A DNA stretch of 51,197 nucleotides from a virus (taxonomy: Duplodnaviria > Caudoviricetes): IMG/VR virus record IMGVR_UViG_3300005663_000062, positions 1-51,197 of that record, one strand, 5' to 3'. Position 1 is the first letter of the stretch. The number at the start of each line of letters is the position of its first letter. The notes under the pieces were generated by a model, which was not told where the DNA came from, ran no database searches, and worked only from the letters and a program-made list of their open reading frames with translations. Made by a program: the position numbers and the translations under genes. Below, piece by piece: positions 44,365 through 51,197 of this stretch.

Positions 44365-46010
44365 CTTATGATTGAGTCCAGCATCCTCTTTATAACTTCA
44401 ATGCCTATATTCTTTTTCTTGCCAGTACCCTTCTTTATTGTTTCACCTTCTTTGGTGAATATCCCTAGTTCTATGGCTTCATCCATAATCCTTTGAGCTT
44501 CTGCCGTTTTGCCTTGTTCTCTCAGGGAAGTCATTAATTTAGTGATACTTTCTTGTTGCTCTTTGAGAGTCTTAGCTAATCTTAACGACCTCGCACTTGC
44601 GGCGTTAAGTTGTTGTACTTCAGATAAAGTATATCTTCTTATCAAATTATCTACTTGAGCATCCAATTCTTTTTTGTCGAATTCGCCCTCTCTGAATGCA
44701 TCGTTAAGTTCTATAACTGCTGTATTGGCAAAGTCCTTTAATATTTCTGCCGCAACGTCATCGCCGAAGAAGTTAGGTTGCTTCTCTATGGCATCCCTAA
44801 GTTGCTTTTCTCTTTCGCCTAATATCTCATTCTGTCTCACCAACTCTACTCTCTTTGCAGTTTCTCCGGCTGCGAATATATCATTTATGAATCCCTTTCC
44901 ATCTGTCCCATTTACTCCCTCAATCTTTGATATGACTTGATATACTTCCAATCCCCTATCTACCGTCATCGAGCCTGTCTTAACAGCATTTATGACTCTC
45001 AATGCCTTTATTCTGGTAGAATCAGATGTGACAATATCTTCGCCGTCAGGTTCTTTAATTGCTGAATTCCAGGTTGTGTAAAATGTCTTTATCTTATCAA
45101 CTGCCTTTATCGCATCTTCATTGGATATGGTCGGGTCAGATAGTATGAGTCTTGCAAATTGCTCTATATCAGCCTCGGAACCTAACTGGACTATCTGTGA
45201 ATAACTTGTCTCTACAGCGGCATTGGCCGCATTAACAGAATTTACATCCCTCTGGTTTACCCTTGCCCTCTCAATAGTATTTATATTAGATAGTCTTGCC
45301 TGTTTCTCTGTAGGAGTAAACGCCTCAGTTGAATTGGTCAGATTCTTAGCATCTTCATATCTTCCAACATTTACAAGAGAATCTATAAGTATTCTATCTC
45401 TCGCTCTCGCCATTTCTCCCGGAGACCAATATGGTGCCATGCCCTCCTCTATAATGCTCAGTGTTGGGTCTTTGAGTATCTCCTCTAATGGAACTCCGGC
45501 ACCAGCTAATACCTGAAACTTATTAGAATATTGCCTCATTGTATCGGCCTGACCAAACTCAACTTCCTTTCTCCATACTATTCCCTCAATCTGGCGTAAC
45601 GTTGTTTGCTTGTTAGTTTTAGAAAAATTGTCAAACAACTGCCCTGCATTCGGACTCATTTTGCTTATAGATAATCCTACTTGAGTATCTAAGTCTGCTT
45701 CGGTCTGCTTTCGGAACTCAGGAAATTGCTCTATACTTGTAAACGTCGTCCTTCTCGCCTCATCTATTCTGTCGGCAACAAATTTATCGTAATCACCATT
45801 AGCACTCGCAAGAGAGGCGTCGTCACGTATTTTCTGCTTATCCAGTTCTACCTTTAGTAGAGCTTGCCCTATATCACTCACGCCCCTGCCAATGGCCTGC
45901 AAGCCCTGTCCTATCGCTCCTGCGCCTATATCGGCAGCACCAACAGGAAGCGGTGCTTTGCCTACCGGCTGTGGTGTAATTTTCGCACGAAATTTTGGAA
46001 TCGGTGGCAT
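44361..46010 (-). CDS. internal virion protein (T7 gp15 position)
   Basis: MP.IP start, GAIGQGLQAIG.GV..IG, helical. Confidence 0.7.
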   Translation of the reverse strand: MPPIPKFRAKITPQPVGKAPLPVGAADIGAGAIGQGLQAIGRGVSDIGQALLKVELDKQKIRDDASLASANGDYDKFVADRIDEARRTTFTSIEQFPEFRKQTEADLDTQVGLSISKMSPNAGQLFDNFSKTNKQTTLRQIEGIVWRKEVEFGQADTMRQYSNKFQVLAGAGVPLEEILKDPTLSIIEEGMAPYWSPGEMARARDRILIDSLVNVGRYEDAKNLTNSTEAFTPTEKQARLSNINTIERARVNQRDVNSVNAANAAVETSYSQIVQLGSEADIEQFARLILSDPTISNEDAIKAVDKIKTFYTTWNSAIKEPDGEDIVTSDSTRIKALRVINAVKTGSMTVDRGLEVYQVISKIEGVNGTDGKGFINDIFAAGETAKRVELVRQNEILGEREKQLRDAIEKQPNFFGDDVAAEILKDFANTAVIELNDAFREGEFDKKELDAQVDNLIRRYTLSEVQQLNAASARSLRLAKTLKEQQESITKLMTSLREQGKTAEAQRIMDEAIELGIFTKEGETIKKGTGKKKNIGIEVIKRMLDSIIR

Positions 46011-46011
46011 C

Positions 46012-46518
46012 TTATGTTTCCTTTAACTGTTGTCCTGCAAGTCCGGCAGCGCCTATGCCTGAAGCAGCTATTCCACCTGCCGTCAATAAACTGCCTCGCC
46101 TGATATTCCTGCCTCTCGCCCTTGCCGACTTTCCTGCAAATCTCGCCGCAAAAGCCTGAGACTCAGCGAATTCACCGCGCAGAAAGCCTTGCTTCAATAT
46201 CGCTAATCTATCTGCTTCAAGTTCCTGCGCGGTTTCTTCGAGTAATAACGCGGGTGTTCCGGTAGCAAGAACGCCGCCCCTTGCTATCGCCACTCTCTGT
46301 GTGCCTTTGAACGCCTTGGCTTCTCTACCGAACTTTCTTGCCTCATCCTGGGCGGCGGCGCGAACCTCTTCGGCCTCTTTAATCTTCTGAGCGGCGTTGA
46401 AGTTTAGTATGTCCTGCTCGGACTTCGATTGAGCTTCGGCGGCGCGGCCTTGCTGGACTGCACCAACGGTTCCTGCTACAGCGCCTACGATAAGGGCTAT
46501 TTCAACTCCAGTGGCCAT
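46012..46518 (-). CDS. internal virion protein B (T7 gp14-like)
   Basis: GAVQQGRAA, G.QRVA.A.GGV...GTP; Gly/Ala-rich ends; likely start MATGVE. Confidence 0.75.
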   Translation of the reverse strand: MATGVEIALIVGAVAGTVGAVQQGRAAEAQSKSEQDILNFNAAQKIKEAEEVRAAAQDEARKFGREAKAFKGTQRVAIARGGVLATGTPALLLEETAQELEADRLAILKQGFLRGEFAESQAFAARFAGKSARARGRNIRRGSLLTAGGIAASGIGAAGLAGQQLKET

Positions 46519-46549
46519 ATACAATCTTTGTGCTTCACATAGTATTAAA

Positions 46550-47005
46550 TCAAACATTATATATCTTTCCGTACATAATCGCATCTACGCCATCACTTGT
46601 ATAAGCTTTAGCCAATCCTTCTACTTTGAAACCGAGATGAGCAAATAACGTATGGCACTCAGGAAAGTCCACTCTACCATACGACTGTAAGCGACGAATC
46701 TTGTGGTCTTTAATCAATTTCTTCAATCCTTTACGGATACACTTGTAACTCTCTTTTACATGATTATCTATAAATGGCGTAATCATCAACCATACATCGC
46801 CTACGCCCTCCCACATAATATCAATACCCGCTACACATTCAGGCTGGCCATCTATCCAGCCAGTTACGCACATACCGGATTCTTCACGCTCTTTGGCTGC
46901 TTTGTATGTTTCTTCATTAGTATCAAATCGCAAATTACGCTCTTTTAATCCATGAGTCATAACCCACAGCATATCTTCAGCTTTCATTGGTCTTACATCT
47001 ATCAT
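46550..47005 (-). CDS. internal virion protein A / GNAT-fold protein (T7 gp13-like)
   Basis: G...W.GVG.VW, IRRLQ, LGFKVEG...Y..DG.D..MY. Confidence 0.8.
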   Translation of the reverse strand: MIDVRPMKAEDMLWVMTHGLKERNLRFDTNEETYKAAKEREESGMCVTGWIDGQPECVAGIDIMWEGVGDVWLMITPFIDNHVKESYKCIRKGLKKLIKDHKIRRLQSYGRVDFPECHTLFAHLGFKVEGLAKAYTSDGVDAIMYGKIYNV

Positions 47006-47265
47006 GTCAGTAGTGTACTTCCCCTTGCCTTTTTCTTTTCTTCATTATCTTTTAATGCCCCTCTGCCAAAAAGCGTTCCGACAGGTCTGCGTATTCGGCC
47101 TTGCTCTTCGAGAGGTTTACTTAATAACGACCCTCTACTTGGCTCTATTTTACCTCTCGCAACATCTATAGCTTTCTGCGGAGTTGTTATGTTACTTGGA
47201 AGTACATTCGTCTTCCTTGGTATAGCAGTTATATTCCTAAAAGCATTATTTACTAATCCACCCAT
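47002..47265 (-). CDS. small virion protein, paralog-like of 11623..11835
   Basis: MGG start; KKKARGSTLLT end. Confidence 0.55.
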   Translation of the reverse strand: MGGLVNNAFRNITAIPRKTNVLPSNITTPQKAIDVARGKIEPSRGSLLSKPLEEQGRIRRPVGTLFGRGALKDNEEKKKARGSTLLT

Positions 47266-47266
47266 A

Positions 47267-50200
47267 TTAATCTGGCTCCACTTGAACGTCTAAGGACAAC
47301 GCTAATACTGTCATTGGTACAGGGTCGGTCTGTCTTACAATGACAGTGCCGCTCTTGTCATACTCGCCTTCAAAGTCCATTTCTATATCGTCGGTAGTCA
47401 ATGGGAATTCGGCGGAACTCTCACCCGCCTTACGGTAAACTATCGGATTAAGGTTATCTGTAGAACTGCCCCATTCGCCACGCATCGTCTTAAAGAGACT
47501 CAAGACCCCTTCAAGTATATGATAGGTAGCCGAACGGCCTTGATTCTCTATATTCAGTTTCATTGGCTTTAGTGTAGAAGTGTATCCGAGTCCTATCTGT
47601 ACCGTAGAGGCTGTAGTCGTTACTCCATTTAGTTTCAAAGTTATATCGCCACTGCCATCTACTACCGCTTCATCGAATACCACACCATCGGCATAAACCT
47701 GAACAGTCTCGGCTATGAGATGGTCTAATCCTGTCGTTATCGAGGAAGTTGCTGTAGAGTCGTAAGTAAAGCCCGAATCGACAAAGAAAGCGTCATCCTC
47801 GTCTGCACCCCAATTCCTCGGTTTGAACCTTTCCACGTATCTAACTGTACCGCTATTTATAGTTCTTTTGACTGTTACCCAGACCTCATCTTCGCTTCTC
47901 TCACCACCGTATATCACCGCTACGGACTCGAAAGACGAATCGGCATCACCGTCAACAGTAACAAGACGACTCCATGCGAATACCTTTTGCTCGCGTTCGT
48001 AAGACATTATCGCCATCTGGCCGTCGTTTCTCACACACCACAGAATCGGATCGGGAGTTCTCTGGTATGCCATATCCACTACGCCGTCAGTCTTAGCCTC
48101 GCCCATGATATGCTCTGCGAATACTGTCAGGTCGTCGGCTTTGTAAGAATCGGAATTGAAATCAAACAGTAGTTCCCGTATCTTCTTACCGCCTCGCTCT
48201 GCAAAGAGTACAGCCTGATTTATCATTATCGCCGCTACATCCTCAGAGCCTTTAGTAGTCTGGAGTCTCGCGCGAACGTTCGTAGGTGTAAGAGCTTCAT
48301 CTACCTTAGATGCACCGAGTAAGTGCGCACCGCCTACCGTTCCTATGACAAGTGCTTCTCTGGGTATAACCCACCGTATCCGGTTCTGTTGGCCTGTGCC
48401 TACTAATGTGAAGATGATGGAAGAGTTGTCGTCAGTACCACCTGAATAGTCCGTAAAATCGCCGGAAGCACTGCCCCATGTAGTTAAAGGCCCAGACACA
48501 CTACCTACGAAAGTCAGTCTTTCCTCTGCGCTTATCGTAACGTCGATAGGCCATCCTCTGAAGTTACTGAAACTTCCTTCTGAGAAGCGATGAGTTTTAT
48601 CTGTTGAGCCGAGAGTCTTGAGTACTATTGCGGTTGCACTTTGCGGAGTAGCTACTTGTATTATTTCAACTATTCCTACATGAGAGGTGTCCCTCACAGA
48701 TATTTGAATACTTGCATCTCCAGTACCATCGCCGTTAGTCACTCTCGCTCGATAAGTTGCATCTGCAAACTCTTCCGTACCTGAAGTTACAATGTTCTTA
48801 TTTGCCAAACTTGTTACAGTAACTATTGTTTCTTTGGTTGTGAAGGAGTCGTAACTTCTCTCTAAAACGATAGTTGAAGGGCCACCTGTTCCCCATGTCC
48901 CATTAGTTGTAAAATCCCAGGTAATTCCTTTTGGAACTGCAAGTGCAGTAGTAGCAGCATCAACTGTTGTGGAATCAATCGTTTCTCCTATACTTGGCGT
49001 ACCCGTAGCATGAACAAGTTTGAATAATGCTCCGGTTTGTGATTTAGATGTAGCAGAATTACCGCTTGGCCTATGTCCTGCCGTTGTCCCTAATACGAAT
49101 GGCGAATGACCAACTGCTGTTAAGGTAACTTGACCAACTAAAGCAGAAGACGTTATTGTCTTTGCGGTATCATCGTTTTCATCACGAAATGGCCCCGTTG
49201 TAATATCTGATTCCTCCAGAAACCATGCAGAATCATCAAATCTTGATAATCTTCTCTGTTCATAAGAGGGATGAGTAATGAATAAAACATCTGCTGATGT
49301 CTCAAATTTTAACGTAGGTATATCAGCAGTAAGATAAGGAGTGGTTATGCTATAAGCAGTAGTAGAATCAACTCCTTTCAATGCCGCTATTTCCGCAGGC
49401 GTCAGTTCTTTATTAAAAATCGCTATATTATCTACATCGCCAACCCATTTATCTGCAAATGCCACTCCTACTGCACCTATTAAAACATCAGCACCTAAAT
49501 TTTCCATTGCAGTGTAGTTTGCTATAGTTGCGATACTGGTAGGTATTAAAGACCAATCTACGTAAAATTTTATATCGTCCTGACGAAACTCTGATGCAGC
49601 GCCTGTACCACCCGCCCCATTATATGTAACGACTATAAAATGCCAACCATCTGATATAGAAGTCCCCGAAAAGACAGTGTAGCTCCCGCCGGTACTCTCA
49701 TCGAAAAGAGTCATCCTCAGTGTGTCATCATTGAATATTTGCAATTTCCATTCAGAATTTATCCCTTGGTCATCTTTTGCTATAATAGTCTGCCTTCCAC
49801 CATCAGTTTCGTACCGCACCCATATAGCAATAGTAAATGGAGAATCATTCGTGCCATCTCCAAAAGAAAAGTCATCATGGTCTGTAACCGTAATATATGC
49901 TGCATCACCTAAATCAAGGGCCGTATTCGCATTACCAGCAGCATCAGTAGTAGTTAATGTATCTGTATTTGCCGAAGCGGCACCGTTATGAGTTGCCCCG
50001 TCAGCATCAACTACAACTGTATCACTGAGATTATCATCACATTTCCAATGAGCGACAATAAACGAGGATAATGCACTCAAATCTTCTGTACCAAAAGGCT
50101 TGAAAACAGGCGATGGACTTGCCCCTCCTGTAAAGAACTGCAATCTCTGATTCTCAAATAATAAGATATAGGTATCGTCAACTGAATGCTCGAATCCTAC

Positions 50201-50404
50201 GACTCTGCCCTTTGCCGAATTTGACTTCTGGGTGGCAACGTATTCGAGGCCGGGACGTCTTTCCACTGCTCCATAAATTGTTGCGATAAAATTTTCGAGA
50301 GTTCTGCATCCAAACGCATATTTTTCCTGCTCTATCCTACTATCCATCTTGCTTGACAATTCACCGGCATTGAAGGATACGATGTTTTTTGAGATTTTTG
50401 CCAT
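47267..50404 (-). CDS. tail tubular protein B / nozzle (T7 gp12-like) with inserted LamG domain
   Basis: SFNAGELS, GAVERRPG, SADVLFITHPSY, GWP, LVIGT.G, DLT..AEH, AWSR, YVER, GL.HL....V....DG and P.PMTVL. Likely start MAKISK at 50404. Confidence 0.9.
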   Translation of the reverse strand: MAKISKNIVSFNAGELSSKMDSRIEQEKYAFGCRTLENFIATIYGAVERRPGLEYVATQKSNSAKGRVVGFEHSVDDTYILLFENQRLQFFTGGASPSPVFKPFGTEDLSALSSFIVAHWKCDDNLSDTVVVDADGATHNGAASANTDTLTTTDAAGNANTALDLGDAAYITVTDHDDFSFGDGTNDSPFTIAIWVRYETDGGRQTIIAKDDQGINSEWKLQIFNDDTLRMTLFDESTGGSYTVFSGTSISDGWHFIVVTYNGAGGTGAASEFRQDDIKFYVDWSLIPTSIATIANYTAMENLGADVLIGAVGVAFADKWVGDVDNIAIFNKELTPAEIAALKGVDSTTAYSITTPYLTADIPTLKFETSADVLFITHPSYEQRRLSRFDDSAWFLEESDITTGPFRDENDDTAKTITSSALVGQVTLTAVGHSPFVLGTTAGHRPSGNSATSKSQTGALFKLVHATGTPSIGETIDSTTVDAATTALAVPKGITWDFTTNGTWGTGGPSTIVLERSYDSFTTKETIVTVTSLANKNIVTSGTEEFADATYRARVTNGDGTGDASIQISVRDTSHVGIVEIIQVATPQSATAIVLKTLGSTDKTHRFSEGSFSNFRGWPIDVTISAEERLTFVGSVSGPLTTWGSASGDFTDYSGGTDDNSSIIFTLVGTGQQNRIRWVIPREALVIGTVGGAHLLGASKVDEALTPTNVRARLQTTKGSEDVAAIMINQAVLFAERGGKKIRELLFDFNSDSYKADDLTVFAEHIMGEAKTDGVVDMAYQRTPDPILWCVRNDGQMAIMSYEREQKVFAWSRLVTVDGDADSSFESVAVIYGGERSEDEVWVTVKRTINSGTVRYVERFKPRNWGADEDDAFFVDSGFTYDSTATSSITTGLDHLIAETVQVYADGVVFDEAVVDGSGDITLKLNGVTTTASTVQIGLGYTSTLKPMKLNIENQGRSATYHILEGVLSLFKTMRGEWGSSTDNLNPIVYRKAGESSAEFPLTTDDIEMDFEGEYDKSGTVIVRQTDPVPMTVLALSLDVQVEPD

Positions 50405-50559
50405 TTTTAGGTTGAACTCCCACAAAGAAGAGGTATAGTATGTTTAGCTAATGGGAACGCAGTAATTCCCTGAATATTAAAGGCAGTTAGTAGGCGTTGA
50501 ACACTTAACTGTGTTCTCATTAGCTCGCTGAAAGCTGCCTTAATTTTATGGAGTTTGTT

Positions 50560-50925
50560 ATGCCTAAAGGTGTTTACGTAAGAATGAAACATCAGTCCGC
50601 AGAAACTCGCAGAAAAAGAGGATTGAAAGTTAGTGGCGAAAACAATGGAAATTGGAAAGGTGGCCGATACAGCGCTCGTGGATACATTCGCGTTCTTTGC
50701 CCAATCCATCCATTTTCTAAGGCTGATGGATATATCTACGAGCATCATCTTGTAATGGAAGAACAACTTGGTCGCTATCTTACGCCAAAAGAAGTTGTTC
50801 ACCACATCAATAATATACATGATGATAATCGTCCTGAAAATCTCAAATTGTTTTCTACAACTGCTAACCATACAAAACACCATCACACATTAGGTACATT
50901 TGATATGTTAAAAAAGCATTTATGA
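50560..50925 (+). CDS. HNH homing endonuclease (HNH_3 with NUMOD3-like N-terminus), antisense to the late operon
   Basis: GENNGNWKGG, GYI, YEH.LVME..LGRYL...EVVHHIN....DNRPENL. Confidence 0.88.
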   Translation: MPKGVYVRMKHQSAETRRKRGLKVSGENNGNWKGGRYSARGYIRVLCPIHPFSKADGYIYEHHLVMEEQLGRYLTPKEVVHHINNIHDDNRPENLKLFSTTANHTKHHHTLGTFDMLKKHL

Positions 50926-50944
50926 CTTTATTTACTTTAGGCAT

Positions 50945-51197
50945 TTACACTCCATACCGCCACCTCGTTTGTTCGTAGAAGTCTTTAACTTGAGCAGCAG
51001 TCCTCGCTGTAGTATAGATACGGACATCATCTATCTGGCCGTTGGCATATTTTGTGTCGTATCTACCTATGTAAACTGGTGCGGTGAGGTTTTCTACTGC
51101 TACAAACAAACCAGGATTGCTTTCGCTATCAGCATCATCAACTCGCAAACCATTCAGATATATTTTAATTCCAGAACTTAAAGTACCTCCATCATAA
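50945..51197 (-). CDS. LamG virion protein, 3' part (continuation of 434..1)
   Basis: YDGGTLSSGIKIYLNG...VYIGR...GQIDDVRIY...YG. Confidence 0.85.
   Translation of the reverse strand, partial: YDGGTLSSGIKIYLNGLRVDDADSESNPGLFVAVENLTAPVYIGRYDTKYANGQIDDVRIYTTARTAAQVKDFYEQTRWRYGV

Larger units (their letters stand above)
1..51197. mobile_element. complete podovirus-like bacteriophage genome (circular assembly)
   Basis: Full head, tail and packaging set; no host housekeeping genes; in-frame join of the two ends. Confidence 0.9.

Noticed and set aside
50407-50886. 159-aa minus-strand ORF in operon orientation
   Set aside because: Reverse complement of a clear HNH gene; such antisense ORFs are common for this family.
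1-51197. tRNA genes, CRISPR arrays, stop-codon reassignment
   Set aside because: No cloverleaf/TTCGAATC-type tRNA or regular repeat-spacer array was seen; core genes are full length under code 11.

Overview
The window is an apparently complete 51,197-bp circular (or circularly permuted) genome of a short-tailed dsDNA phage. A LamG-domain gene reads in frame across the end/start junction (...HFVA-T-YDGG...). Nearly all genes are on the minus strand. The morphogenesis module is T7/BPP-1-like: TerS, TerL, portal, Bbp19-like protein, scaffold, major capsid, cement, tail tubular A and B, internal virion proteins and LamG/tail-fibre genes. An early/middle region carries an amino-DNA methyltransferase, HNH, NinG, three YopX-like genes, an SSB-like gene and a 3D-domain gene. 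A short plus-strand early island lies at about 20.4-22.4 kb. I could not recognise an integrase, repressor, DNA/RNA polymerase, primase/helicase, reverse transcriptase, tRNA or CRISPR array. Most unusual observations: (1) small Tat-signal or membrane-anchored ORFs just upstream of the late-gene terminator that carry spliced-in fragments resembling the phage's own capsid, LamG and beta-helix proteins (candidate virion-mimic decoy system); (2) a glycan-modification kit (sulfotransferase, glycosyltransferase, O-antigen ligase/OTase-TPR, secreted beta-helix) interleaved with capsid genes; (3) a methyltransferase with a triplicated catalytic motif IV, whose 3' end appears replaced by an invading HNH element; (4) several structured RNA elements (capsid-leader switch, promoter-proximal attenuator, anti-SD/antisense-loop hairpins, a 3-codon minigene). 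All family calls are by-eye motif recognition; no searches were run.
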